Source: Gnetum montanum
Lineage: Eukaryota > Plantae > Gnetophyta
Direction of reading: 5' to 3'
Length of the DNA stretch: 64,000 nt
Assembly (NCBI GenBank): GCA_015680685.1
Contig: MNCI01002098.1
Coordinates: forward strand, 217,284 to 281,283
Positions 1 to 12,714 of the stretch are shown here, one piece after another. Each line of letters starts with the position of its first letter. The first letter of the stretch is position 1. Under the pieces are notes generated by a model. The model was given only the letters and a program-made list of their open reading frames with translations. It ran no database searches and was not told the origin of the DNA. The translations under genes were made by a program, and so were the position numbers.

Positions 1-854
1 TTTTTTTGATGTGCAATCATGCTAGATAATTGATTAATGGGAATAAGGTCAAAATTTATGTTTATCTATTTTGCTATGTGAATCGTGTGTTTGTTAAGTG
101 TTGAACATTAGTATGCAATTGGTTGATTTGTTTAGGCCCCTATGGGCCCCATTCCAATTTGAAGCATTGGTGAAAGGCTATTGCTAGTTTTAGGCCATTT
201 TGGGCCATGGAAATTGCTAGTTTAAGGCCATTTTGGGCCATGGAAATTGCTAGTTTAAGGCCATCTTAGGACATACATAAGAGAGAAGGTGCTACCAGTT
301 GTAGTTCATGGTAGGCCATGTGTTAGTGTAGGCCTTTTCAGGCCATAGTGAAAAAGAAGGTAAGCTACCAATTTTAGGCCATGGCTGGCCATATAAATTG
401 CTAGTTTAAGGTCATTTCAGGCCATGTGATAGGATTGTTAGTTTAAGGTCATTTTAGGCCATGTGATGGGATTGCTATTTTAAGGCCATTTCTAGCCATG
501 TGATGGGATTACTAGTTTAAGGCCATTTTGGGCCATGTGATGGGATTGCTAGTTTAAGGCCATTTTAGGCCATGTGATGGGATTGCTAGTTTAAGGTCAT
601 TTCTGGCCATGATGATGTAAGGAAGGTTGCCAATTTTAGTCCATGATGGTCATTTTTTTATTATTTTATGGTTATTTTATTTTTATGTACTTTAGTGTTT
701 TCTAATGCATGAAAGGACTAAGTGGAAATGCATAAAATAAAGAAATGGAATAACTAATGCAAAATGCAAGTGACCATGTGATATGTAACTGCACAAGTGA
801 AAGTGGAAGGTGATCAAGACATGCAGAAGTTATGAGCACATAGGTGCCTAGTAC
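1..854 (-). mobile_element. Element C, left part (post-protease non-coding region; continues beyond window start)
   Basis: Joined across the TSD of A to 18760+, it parallels element D 44000-44700 (array, AT-rich tract, end of gag-PR). Confidence 0.75.
178..645. repeat. 33-37 bp tandem array of element C
   Basis: More than 10 units of TTGCTAGTTTAAGGCCATTTTGGGCCATG. Confidence 0.92.
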
Positions 855-1991
855 TGTACCATCCGAAATCGTCGGTCTCTGGCTGGAAGGAAACAGAGAC
901 TGTGGGATCATCGGGCATGCACAGAAGACCCTACCTTCGCCTGAGGGCGAGCTGGAATGCATGAAGGTAGAGTACCTTGGGTGGTCCACACGCGGATTAG
1001 ACAAGGATTTCCCCGAACGTATACCGAAGTGTTATATGCTGGGTTATACGTAAACAGCGTAACGGGCGCAAACGAGAGCGTAAACAGTGTAACAGGTGCG
1101 AACAGAGCGTAAATGCAAACGAGTGTAAATAGAACACATGTAAAAAATTAACGTAAACTATAAACAATGGTATTACAGAATGAAAGTACAATGCACTGGT
1201 CTAACGTAGTTGTGATGGAACACAAGGCGGACGAAAAGCCCCGGTGGATGCAGGGAGGACTCGGCTGGTTCGCACTGTAGGTGCAGTGTAGAGACTGTGT
1301 GCCTAGCTTACAGGATTGTCCAGTGTAAAAGGGTTTTTAGCTTTGGTGCACAACGTAATTGTTCTCTGGTATGCTCTGGGATTTTGCCAACCGACCTTGA
1401 TACAAGTGGAAAAGTGGGGTTTTTATACCGGTTGTTACGCTAGACTCGGGTTGGGCAACACGTGGACGTTGACTGGGTGCAAAAAGGACGTAAAATTTAC
1501 AAGTGTACAACATATTACATCTGCTGAGTGTATACGCTGAGCGTAGACACTATATCAAATGGGCGTAGACTCTGGGCATATACGTTGGATGTGCTGGGCG
1601 TATACGCCAAGCGTGTATGTCGACAATGGCTGGGCATATATGCCAGGTGTATATGCTGATGGTTGCCGACTTGCTTCAATCCTTGCTCTTCGGTGTTATT
1701 TTCATTCTGTCTTTGGAGATTCCATGTCGGGCGTAAACATTTGCTATACCTGCCAAGCGTACCTGTGAAGTGTGTACGTCGGGCATGTAAGTTGGATGTC
1801 TACGCTGGGCATATACGCTGGGCGTATACGCTATGGATGTCGGGCGTATACGCTGGTACTTAGTGAAAATTAAGCATTTTGATCCCCGAAGTTGCAATGT
1901 GTGACACCAAATGTAGCCGTGATTGTCCGTGGGTCCTAGGGACCTGCTTCCTGCTGGAGAAATACCAAGCTCGAAATTTTGTGGTGTTTCA
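855..1991 (-). repeat. 3' LTR of element A
   Basis: Starts TGTACC, ends GTGTTTCA; aligns with 17622-18754 (about 11 differences in the first ~120 bp by eye, mostly transitions). Confidence 0.95.
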
Positions 1992-2004
1992 TTGGCCCCT
2001 CTTT
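1992..2004 (-). promoter_or_regulatory. Polypurine tract of A
   Basis: Minus strand AAAGAGGGGCCAA directly abutting the 3' LTR; identical in element B. Confidence 0.85.
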
Positions 2005-3029
2005 GTTGACGCTTGGAGGAATCAACCTGAGAAGCATCGACAAAGAAGTGCAAAACACCACAAGAAACTCAGTAGAGATCTTGTCTGTTGCCACTTGACT
2101 AGACATCATCGCACCGTGTTCAGTAGTACATGGGATAGGGAAAGTGAAGTTTATGGCTGGTAGGAAAACGGAGATTGTTGGGATCGATCACTACCCAAGG
2201 GATTGCGCTTGGGAAATGGGATGCCTAGGTGTGCGGCATGCTGGTCCTTGTCAATAGCTATTGTTTAGTAGACTCAAAGTTCAGACATGCGATGTGTGTC
2301 CTTTGGCGGAACAAGGCTCTTGGTTAGTGTTCAAGAGAACTTGATGACAAGACCAAAGCCACGGGCGGATGTGTTACATTCTTTGTAGGAACAGGGCCCA
2401 TGTTTAATGTTTAGGGGGGACCTATTGGTGAAGAGCCAAAGCCATGCAACTAGATGCTTCTTGACCATTTTGGACATGAGTACTTGGTGTTGAGACAACT
2501 GCCTTCCAGCCTGGGGCTTATATGGGAAGTGCCAAGGGTCTTTTTTTTTTGGGAGGTTTGCGTTGATCTTGTACTCATGCTTAGGTGCCATGCTGTGTGT
2601 TGCAACTACTTTATCATGTTGTAGTGTGTAACAGTGTGCTCAAAGTTTTGAATGTATTCAGTGCATCGGAGGTCGGTAAATAGATAGTGACCCCCCCGGG
2701 AATGGGAATGTACTAGTGAACGGTTTGATTTAGTCTTGCCATGTGTGCTGTTAACATTGTCCCATCTTGCTGCTTGTGATGAGGTGCATTCTTGTGCGAA
2801 GACCTCGGGGTGTCATCCTGCAAACACAACTCCAAGGAGACAAGAAAACCATGGTTGAATAAGCGAGCTTAGATTTGAACGGCTGCAAATGGAACAAAAA
2901 TACTGGATGAGATTCTGAGCACTGTGTATGAATGACAGCGATGTTCATGAAAATTTTGTCTGACGGTGAGCGATGCAGTGATTCTGATGAGTGAGTGTGG
3001 CTGTGGAGTGAAGAGCCAGAGATGAACGT

Positions 3030-3515
3030 GCTAGGTTATAGTCTTAGCGGACTATCATGGGTTGGTTTTATGTCGTAACCCATTGGACATTGCCCGTTTA
3101 GCATCGTGGCAGACGTTACGTTGCCAGTTTCTAGTCTTAGCGGACCATGTAGAGGCAAGCTAGTTTATAGTCTTAGCGGACTCTGGTGAATGCAACAGGG
3201 TAGTTTCGCTATCATATTGGATAGGTGCTAGTTTATTGTCATTGCGGACACTATGTGGTATCAGTTTATTTTCATGATTCCAGGATGAGCTGCGGTATCA
3301 GTTTTAAGTCATAATCCAAGACTGTTCTGTGGTATCAGTTTAAAGTCGTGACTCCAGGACTCTTCTGTGGTATCAGTTTAAAGTCATAATCCAGGACTGT
3401 TCTGTGGTATTAGTTTAAAGTCGTGACTCTAGGATTCTTCTGTGGTATCAGTTTAAAGTCGTGACTCCAGGACTCTTCTGTGGTATCAGTTTAAAGTCAT
3501 GACTCCAGGACTCTT
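3030..3515. repeat. Tandem array downstream of the integrase stop (YAGTTTA-NN-GTC...GAC motif; 37/38-bp units at 3290-3515)
   Basis: Units such as GTGGTATCAGTTTAAAGTCGTGACTCCAGGACTCTTCT and CTAGTTTATAGTCTTAGCGGAC. Confidence 0.9.
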
Positions 3516-3534
3516 CACGTACCTGAGCTTGTAC

Positions 3535-6500
3535 TCAAATGTAGAACGGTTTCAAGAACACATGATTGGTTGGATTGGCAAGCTCGTTTCCTTCCATGTC
3601 AGCTAGTTTGAATGCTCCATTGTCAAATGCCTTAGTGACCAAGTAAGGCCCTTCCCAATTGGTTGAGAATTTGTTCAGATGTTCCTGAATAGCCTTAAGC
3701 ACTAGGTCTCCTTCTTTGATAGGGCGCTTGTTGATGTCATGCCGATGTCACTGCCATTGTTGTTTTTGGTACCACTCAATCTGATCGAGCACACACATGT
3801 GTTTCTCTTCCACCGTGTCAAGATCAACGATGCGTAGATCATTGTTTTGCCCATCGTCGAGGAGTCTGGAAAGTGTGATCCTTAAAGATGGTACCTATAA
3901 TTCCAAAGGTAAAACAACTTCTGAACCGTAAACCAGACTATATGGTGTTTTACCTGTTGACGTTCGGTGCATAGTACGGTATGCCCACAATGCGTATATC
4001 AATTGCTCGTGCCATTTTCTTTTGCTCTGGGTAAGCATTTTTTTAAGTAGTGTAATAATCATCTTGTTTTTTGCTTCCGCTTGTCCATTTCTCTGAGGAT
4101 AGTAAGGGGATGAAAACGAGTATTTGATCCCTAAATTTTCACAAAAGGTTTTGGTCTCGGTACTGCTAAATTCTAGCCTGTTGTCAGTGATGATTGTCAT
4201 GGGAATGCCAAAGCGGGTTACAATGCTTTCGAGAATGAAATTGCATACATGTTTGGATGTATTTTTTTGAAGGGGAGCAGCTTCTACCCACTTCGTGAAG
4301 TATTCTGTTGTGGTTATAGTGAAACTATGGCCTGCGGAAGACGAGGGGGTTATCTGGCCAATGAGGTCCAACCCCCACTTTTGAAAGGGCCATGTGATTT
4401 GCGCTGTATGAAACTCATTTGGTGGGACATGTATCAGATTGCTATGTTTTTGACAAGTACTACATATTTTAACTTTGGAGAGACAGTCGTATTCCATGTG
4501 TGGCCAATAGTAGCCTAAGCATCTGATCTTTGTTGCCATGGCTTTTGATGCTATGTTTCCTCTACATAGTCCATTGTGTACTTGTTCGACAATGGTTTGG
4601 GCATCGATACTATTGACGCATGTTAGCAATATGCCTTCATAGGATCGACGACACAGTGTGTCCCCTACCAGGGTATACTACTTAGAACATTTCCGCACTA
4701 CGTCTTTCTGTGCATTTGTTAGATGTCATGGTGTTTCGCTGCGTAGAAGGTATTCTTTTATGTCATCGTACCATTCTAGCGTGTGTGTTGAACTAACAGA
4801 TGCAATCGGCAACGTGTCAAGGATGTCGGTGATTGGTTCAGCACAACTGGTTATGGAGCTTGGCAACGTGTGGAACATGTTTGGCGATATGTTTAATGCT
4901 AACGTGGCTAAAGTATCTACGATGGTGTTATCATTTCTAGAGACGTGTTGCACATCGATGTTTTCGAATCGCCTCATTAGGTGTTTTGCCAAGTCGCAGT
5001 ATGGTTGTAAGTGTTGGGCTTTGCATATATAGACGTCTGTGACTTGGTTTATGAATAGTTTCGAGTCTCCTCTGACTACAAGCCATGTGATGTTTAAAGC
5101 CAAAGCTGCTACGAGACCTCTAAGGAGACCTTCATACTCTGCTATGTTGTTGGTACAGTGAAAGTTGAAACGATAGGCCAAGGGTCGGATCTCCCCAGAG
5201 GGATAGGTGATGACAGCGGCTGCACTTCCTCCTTGAGAGGTGGATGCTCCATCAAAGTTTAAAATAGCATCGTAGTCATTGGGCACTATGTCTAGGGCGC
5301 TTACATTCTCATCTGGGAACTCTGGCTCTATAGTCGCTTGGTCGTGTGTTGGTGATGTTGCCATTTGACTTGCTATAGCTTGACCCTTAACTGATGATTG
5401 CGCTACATAGTACAGGTCAAACTTGGCTTTCATGGCTTTCCATCGGGCTATTCGACTTATTTTGTAAATATTCCCTGTTATGGCTCTTAGTACATTGTCC
5501 TTGCAAATTATGTAAACCTGGTTATGGAAGAGGTAATGTCGCCATTTTCTTAAAGAAAAGACCAAAGCTAAACATGACTTCTCCACGTCATTGTACTTTT
5601 TCTCGTGGGAAACTAATGCATGGCTCAAGTAATATATAGGGACCTCGATTCCATCATTGTGTTTCTGGCAAAGCATAGACGCGATTGACGAATTTGAAGT
5701 AGCGAGGTAGATGTAAAATGGTTTATCGTTTTGAGGTGGATAGACCGTGGGTAACCAAGCAAGTGCCGTTTTAATGTCATCGAATGCTTCTTGGCACTAC
5801 AGAGTCCATTCAAAATGGACATTTTTGCGTAACAAGTGGTTCATAGGTTTTAGTTTATCTATTAGTTTTTCTATGAAGCGCCTGATAAACTACAATCTAC
5901 CTTGTAGACCNATTTTAGTTTATCTGTTATTTTTTCTATGAAGCGCCTGATAAACTACAATCTACCTTGTAGACCTCGAAGTTCGGTAAGATTACCTGGT
6001 GGTTTCAGGTTTGTTATGGCCTTAACCTTATCAGGGTCCACTCATATCCCTGCTTCTGATGCTATAAATCCAAGCATTTTGCCTATTTTAACGCCGAAGA
6101 CACACTTTTTTGGGTTAAGTCTCAGTTCATGCTTTAAACAACGCTTTAAGACTAGATCAAGGTCTTGTACATGTTGTTCCGATGTTTTTGACTTAACCAC
6201 AATGTCGTCCACGTAATCATTGAGTGATCGTAGCATGTAATCGCTAAAGATGAATGTCATCGCTCTCTGATATATGGCCCCAGCGTTCTTGAGACCAAAG
6301 GGCATCATTGTATAAAAAAAGGTTCCCCATGGTGTCATAAAGGTTGTCCGAAGCTGGTGCTCTGGGTTGATTCGTATTTGATTGTACCCCGAGAAGCTGT
6401 CCATAAAAGATAATAATGTGTGCCCAGTAGTTGAGTCAACAAGTTGATTGATGCTGGGTAGGGGAAAATCATCCTTTATGGTTGCAACATTTAAATCCCG

Positions 6501-7038
6501 GAAGTCAATGCACAAACGAATGCTTTCGTTCTTTTTCGGAACAATTACCATGTTGGACACCCACTCGGCGTAATTGACAGCCCGAATGAAACCAACTTGA
6601 TAAAGCTTGGTGATCTCATTGCGAACTGCTAATGCCACCTTGGGCTTAACCTTTCGTGCTTTTTGTTTTACCGGTCTCAACTTTGGGTCAAGGATAATAT
6701 TGTGTTGGACAATTCGGGGATCTAGCCCGGGCATATCCGTATAGGACCAAGCGAATACTTTCATATTTTCCCTAAGCACGTTCTCAATGTTTTTGGCTAA
6801 TTACGGTTGTAATAAGGTGCTTAACTTTAAAATTTCAGTTTCTCCATCGGGCATGACGATGGGAGTTTCAGACAATGNTTGTAGTCGTCTATTATTTGCT
6901 GTGTTGAGGTGATGACTGTGTCTTCCGTTGATGAACTTAGGTGGATGAGGCTCGTGCTGATGTCCCTTGTAATTTTTCCATATGGTCCATTAATAATTAA
7001 TGGTTTGGTTAAGCGTTGTTGATCCATTAGGCTTGCTC
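3535..7038 (-). pseudogene. pol: pol of element A: RT - RNase H - additional (archaeal-type) RNase H - integrase
   Basis: RLCIDFRDLN, MPFGLKNAGA, YVDD (RT); EKSCLAL (RH); FDGAS...TNNIAEYEGL...GDS (aRH); GYYWP, WGLDLIG, YPQRNGQAEA (INT); ends LKPFYI-TGA at 3535. Confidence 0.93.
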
Positions 7039-7119
7039 CTGCCAATAAACAGAGAGCAGAATGAGCTAATGGGTAACGTTCTATTTTTCTTTGGTCATTT
7101 TAAATGTGTACGTGCATGG

Positions 7120-7272
7120 TGGATTATCGTCACACCGGGACGCAGTGGCAGTTTAAGGCCATAGCGGGCCGTAATGGCAATTTAAGGCCATACTGGGCCG
7201 TAGGTGGGTTAAAAACGACAATTTAGGGCCCTGCCAAGCCGTAATGGCAGTTTAAGGCCATACCAAGCTGTA
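7120..7272. repeat. Short array of CAGTTTAAGGCC-N6-GGCC units upstream of pol
   Basis: About 5 units, e.g. CAGTTTAAGGCCATAGCGGGCC (7149-7170). Confidence 0.85.
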
Positions 7273-7699
7273 ATGGGTTTACACTAGAATATTCAGCATA
7301 AACGTATGAAATGGGATCCATGGGGGAACCAGGATATAATAATTTCTATTTTTTAATATTTTTTAATATTTTTTTCTGGGCAAAGTTTAGCAAAAAATAA
7401 GTAGAAGGGCACAAAATGGAAAAAAGGAGCAATGACGGCGGTAGAGACGGTGGAGCACTATAATAAGGGGGGGTTTCATTTGTTTCTTACTTTGAATCGT
7501 GAGCGTAAGTGACAGAGCATAAACTGTTAAAGCGTAAGCGTAAACTATCATGCCTTGGCGTAAGCGTAAACTTGCTAGTGAGCATAGATGCCGAAGAGTA
7601 ACCCTTAGCATAGGCGCCCGACACTAAACCCTAGCGTAGACGCGGAGTGTAGAATTTCAGGCACCAGCGTAGACAATTCTTTTGTTCAGTGTAAACTTG

Positions 7700-10600
7700 T
7701 GCAATCAGCGTAAAGGAGGCCGAGATTGGCAAAGGAAAAGAAGTGGAAGGCCAGGGGAGAAAGGGTCTCGACCTGACCTTTACGGAGGAGACTGAAGCCA
7801 TGCTGTAGTGCCTGCCCCGACCAAGGATCCCGTCATGGCCTGTGACATCCCACAAGTAGGCTCTGATCCCTGCCTTTGTTATTATTTCTTTGCTTCTCTT
7901 TTTCAGCGTAGACAGTCTCAGCGTATACACCGAGCGTAGAGGGTTTTCGGTGTATACACCGAGCATAACTTCATAGCGTAAAGTTGGGTTAGCGTAGACT
8001 GTCAGGGCGTAATCAGTTTTATCAGCGTAAGCATTTTTCTTGTACTATTATGTCAGTGTAAGCCACGGCGTCATGAGTTCTCTATGCACAAAGTTTTGTA
8101 AGCGTGATTTGTTTGTTCTATCGGCGTAAATTCTGTTTACCGTGACGGCATATACGTTGAGGGTTTGTTCAGTGTATACGCTATGCATGCGCAGTTGTCT
8201 TTACTATGTAGACTTATTTTTCATGTTTCTGGCATAAACTTGTTTGTTCAGTGTGGGCATAGACTGTTTACGCTGAAAGTCAACTTGGGTGTATACACTG
8301 AGGGTTTCTTTGGCGTATACGCCGAGCGTAAGAGGTTCGGGCGAAAGTGTAAACCAGTTCATTGTTGGCATATACGCTGAGTTAAGCAGCGTATTACGCT
8401 AAGCGTACATAGTTTCGCCGGCGTATACGCTGATTTATGCAACGTATACGCTGAGTGTAAATAGTTAGTAAATTTTTAGATTCTAAGTGTCGATTCATGA
8501 TGTAAACTCTCGCTTTTCGGGCTGTTTTGAAGCATGGCTAATTTATCGTGGTGTCTTGATTGCTTGCAGGGATAGTAAGCACTTCCTCCTCGTTGTTGAG
8601 CTTGTTGGGGTGTTAACATGGGTTGGCCCCGTTGAGGCTGAGGAGCCTCCCCCGGATCTAACTGTGGATAACAATGGGGTTTGGTTTAGGGAGGGCGCAT
8701 GTTAATTTCTGGCCTTCATGTTAGACAATTTCGAGGTGGCCATCTAGTCGAACTTTAGCGAAGTGATTGCATGGAGCGTGCTTGAGGCAATGCTGCTAGA
8801 AGCTGCAAAGGGTGTCATGGTCTTCATAGAAGACATTGACGAGGGGCCACTTGTTAATGAGGATGGTTCTACCCGTGGGCCCAGGTCAACACGCCCATTA
8901 ACGCGCGTGTGGGCACTATTGCCGCGAGGGTTAGACTACCTCAATAGTACTCTGTTCATAGTTTCCCGTGCGCACACATTGTTCTAGAATCCTCCTGGCA
9001 TAGTGTACCGAGTGGACAGGTAGGACTATTTAAGTTTATTGTTTCCTTTCGCAGTTTGGTATTTGTTTCTTGTTTTGACATTTATTTGTTTATAGACCGA
9101 AGGCCAACCTGGACGGGACATACACTGAGGATGAAGGACTAGCTCTTGCTTGCACAGCCCTAGAGGCATTCATGATAGGCCCCACCCTTCGTGGAACCGT
9201 ACTGGGTCAAACGAAGGAAGCAATCGTTCATTTTCATAAGTAGTTCTCCAGAGCATTCGCGATGTGCAAAGCTCGTGGGTGGCTTCACAAAGACTGGTCA
9301 AACAACGGGCCAGTCTTCCCTCATGACTCTGGCAGCACATCTAAATCCACCACTAATGGTAAATGATAACATTTCCTAGATATGTTAGTGGGTTTTTCCA
9401 ACTGTTTGGAGTTACCCTGATATGACCATTTTAAATTGCTTTTACAGTTGATGTACCTCCTGGTGGGGATCCGGTGACAACTGGATGAACCAAGACTACC
9501 TTGTTGACAAAGTTCGGGGGGGTGACTAAGGCTCAAAAGTGGTTGCATAGACACGCTCCACCATCCATCGTTCATTACCTGGATAATGTCGGGCTCATGG
9601 AGCTCTTTATGACCCCGAGTCTTGACGTATCCATAGGGGAAATGATTGGGATTGTGGATTCTTTTAATGAGTCTGTCTCATACTAGAGCACCCGGATTAA
9701 GGGTGTCAAGGTAGTTTTTCATCTGTCACTCAAGTTCTTTTCAAACTTATTTGATGTATCAGCAGATGGCTTAAATGTAGTATTAGATAGAGCTCATAAA
9801 GAGCTCCAGATGGTTTGTGAGTTGGAAGATTGGCTAGGCGTGGCCAAGGGTGCCAAGGGATTCCCGATGCAGGGGAAAGCAAAAGTTGTGGAAGTGAACG
9901 AATTATATCCCCTGTTTAGGGCATGGGTATTCCCTAAAACCCTTTCCCAGGTGAAGAGTCTTAGGGTTGAGGATGTTCGTGTCATGTGAACTGTCTTGGA
10001 AATGGGCATGCGATATAAATGGGCCTAATTTTTGTTGTTGGGCATGCACAAGGAGATAGTGCAGTTGCGTTCAAATGTCGAGGCACAATCCCACTTCACC
10101 TTTGTGTTCTTCACCGGTTACCTTCGTCATTCTGCCGAGTTCCTAGTAGTTCATGCAAACAACAAGTTTGTTCTGTGGGATCGGGGTCAACTATCTCACC
10201 TGTGGATCAATCACTTATTTGAGACAGCTAAATCCCAAGATGCATCTGAAGGCATTGATGAATCCATTTCTATTACTACAGGGGGATCATCTGGTGCTTC
10301 AATCCACACACGTGATAGTTTGGGATTGGAGTTAGATGACATACCCTACACTGCTAGAAGGGCAGAACGGGTCATCAAGGAGACCGTTGGCTAAGCCAAG
10401 TCAAAGCTAAAAAGGCCTGAACGCGCGACTGAGGAAGTCTCCGATGTGAACCAGCCACGCGTGAAGTGCATATGCTTCAAGATGCCTGGTAAGTGGACCT
10501 CGCCCGCTTATTGCTTTATCGTTTTCGTTTTGTTTATAACTTTTACTTCAATCGCTTACGTGTCATTGATATTTTTGGCTTGATTTTAAAAAGTAAGAAA

Positions 10601-12220
10601 GCAGGCTTTAGAGACTATCACCGAGGAGGAGGAGACCAACACAGAGAAGAATAACGAGGAGGAAAACATGGAGAAGAGCCAGCATAGAGGAACGGAGGAG
10701 TTAAAGGAAAATACCACTAAAACCGAACCGTTAGACGATCACGACGCTGTCAACCAAATGTTCAGTAGCTTCCTTAAGGGAAAGCTAGATTTGGGCGACC
10801 CCTCATAGGGTGACAAGGATCATGGTATGTTTTTCTTTCTATTTCGTTTTGAATTGCTTGATCAATTGTCATTCCTATGGTATTTTATTTTCGTGTTTTT
10901 ATCTTCTTCAGATGAAGGCAGTGAGACCAGGATGGTGTAGTTGGACGTACCCGTAAAAATGTCTCCTCCTGAGAGGACCACGGAGGTTAGTTCATCCCGT
11001 ACCCGCGAGCCACTTACTTGAACAGAAATGCCAAGTAAGATGGATTTTGTGGGTAGAATTGTGGAGGAAGTTGTTGAATTGATCTAGGAGGCCCACCCTG
11101 ATATAGGTATAAATCATTTAGAGGTTTGAAGTTTCACATCTTTTTTACATTGTCTTAACATTTGTATTTTTCACGTGGGTAGGCGCTAAATTGAGATGGG
11201 ATCCCTCTGAAAGCATTAGCATAGAAAGTTTAACCACACTTTCCCCAGAAGTGGAACAGGTGCCAAGGCCTATTTACGAAGGAGTTGCAGAAGGCCTTGT
11301 GCACAACGCTAAGTCATTATGGACCTGTAGACATTCCATTGAGCAGTTGTGGCTGCAGATTCAGGCAAAAGAAAAGGAAGTCTCTGAATTGTCAGTGGAA
11401 CGTGACGATCTGAAGGCTTGGTATGAGTTCGCTGCTGCGAAACTAAGTGGAGATCGCTCTTGGCGAACGTCCGAGGTTACGTACACCAAATATTGGAATT
11501 TATTGAATTGTCATGCATTGTTGACTCGGAGAATGGCAGAGCGCAAAGCCCAAATTGATCTCCTGAACCTTAAATGTCAAGATTGGAAATCCTTCACTTA
11601 CAAGGTTCGTAAGTGGGGTCAGGATGAGAAAAATCACAAACATTACTACAAGAAGTCATTAAAAGAGGTGTCTATTGAAAAGCGCCAACTAGAAATGTTT
11701 GTGGAGGGTTTGGGTTTGCGTTCTGCCTTCAATACTTTTGCTCAAAATACAACTGTGGAAATGGACTTGCCTACAAGGGTGATCAAAACTGCTTTTAGGG
11801 AAGTGTCGGTGGGCGAGTTCCCTCTGAAATGTCCTACCTGGTCGGCTNAGGGAAGTGTCGGTGGGCGAGTTCCCTTTGAAATGTCCTACCTGGTCGGCTG
11901 TCGACAAAGGGAAGACTTTGGCAGACGTCGACTTAGGCCTTGATGGGACAGATTGGGCCAGCGTTTCAGAAGAAGAAATTCTTCGTCGGCTGGAATTCAG
12001 CTTAGGGGGATCTCCTATGGTAAGCATTTTGTCCTTATGAAGTTAATTTATTAAATAATGTTTAAAATTTTGACATTTGCTTATTCTTATGTGGGTTGTT
12101 TCTTTTTGGTATTTTCAGGATGAAGGTGGCGATGATGCCCAAGAAGCTGGCCCCAGTGGAGCAGGGGCCCCTGATGCTGGTGGATTTAAAGGGGACGACC
12201 CTCCCATCCCAGATGTTTAG
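7700..12220 (+). pseudogene. Antisense multi-exon accessory gene inside element A (between PR and RT), copy 1; 5' start approximate
   Basis: GT-AG introns with T-rich interiors at 7856-8569, 9020-9095, 9384-9447, 10489-~10600, 10825-10911, 11107-11182, 12020-12118; joins checked at 7856, 11107 and 12020 are in frame; stop TAG 12218-12220; homologous peptides at 28330-31866 and 42726-43750. Confidence 0.8.
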
Positions 12221-12487
12221 CATTTTAATTTTTAAGTTTTTTGTTGTTTTTTTCTTGACTCATATTTATACGGGAATTGTAACTTAAAAATTTTGAGATG
12301 GACGAAAACAGTTGACACTTGTAATTGTACAACATTGCATGTAAGAAAATTTTTGTTGATTTTGAATTTAATTGTAAACATGACACAACAATGTAAAATG
12401 TTTTGGCTTTTTTTTTTGTTTTAAATGTAATGCAGAGATGTAATCGTAAATGCTAAACAAAAAGGAAAATGAAGTATATGTGCATGA

Positions 12488-12702
12488 ACTAGTTTAAGGC
12501 CATTTCGGGCCCCAGTCGTAAACGAGGGATATTTCGAATGACACGGGTGGATTTTTTTGTTGACCGATCGTCGCTGATCATGGCTAGTTTTATGTCGTTG
12601 CGGACATGATAGTTTAACAAGTAGTTTTAATATATATATATATATATATTTATAGTTTAACGTCATTTCGGAACTAACGGTAGTTTAGCGTCATTTCGGA
12701 CA
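12488..12702. repeat. Motif array just downstream of the gag-PR stop; includes (TA)9 at 12631-12648
   Basis: AGTTTAAGGCCATTTCGGGCC, AGTTTTATGTCGTTGCGGAC, AGTTTAGCGTCATTTCGGAC. Confidence 0.75.
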
Positions 12703-12714
12703 ATGGCGATGTTA

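Noticed and set aside
702-2163. Multiple short ORFs in LTRs and antisense to gag/pol
   Set aside because: No domain signatures; expected shadow ORFs, duplicated only because the LTRs are duplicated
2980-3030. CTGATGAG as a possible hammerhead ribozyme core
   Set aside because: No GAAA with flanking helices found at suitable spacing
3255-3490. Repeated TGGTATCAG resembling the tRNA-Met PBS
   Set aside because: Only 9 nt, lacks AGC, is antisense to the element and overlaps the CAGTTTA array core; likely coincidental
5849-5975. ~60-bp tandem duplication around N at 5911 (also at N 11848, 16585, 17423, 52749)
   Set aside because: Each duplication is centred on a single N, typical of scaffolding overlap artefacts; not biological repeats or programmed frameshifts
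11191-11943. 250-aa ORF as a captured host gene
   Set aside because: It is one exon of the TE-borne antisense gene found in three elements; its C-terminus is distorted by the N artefact
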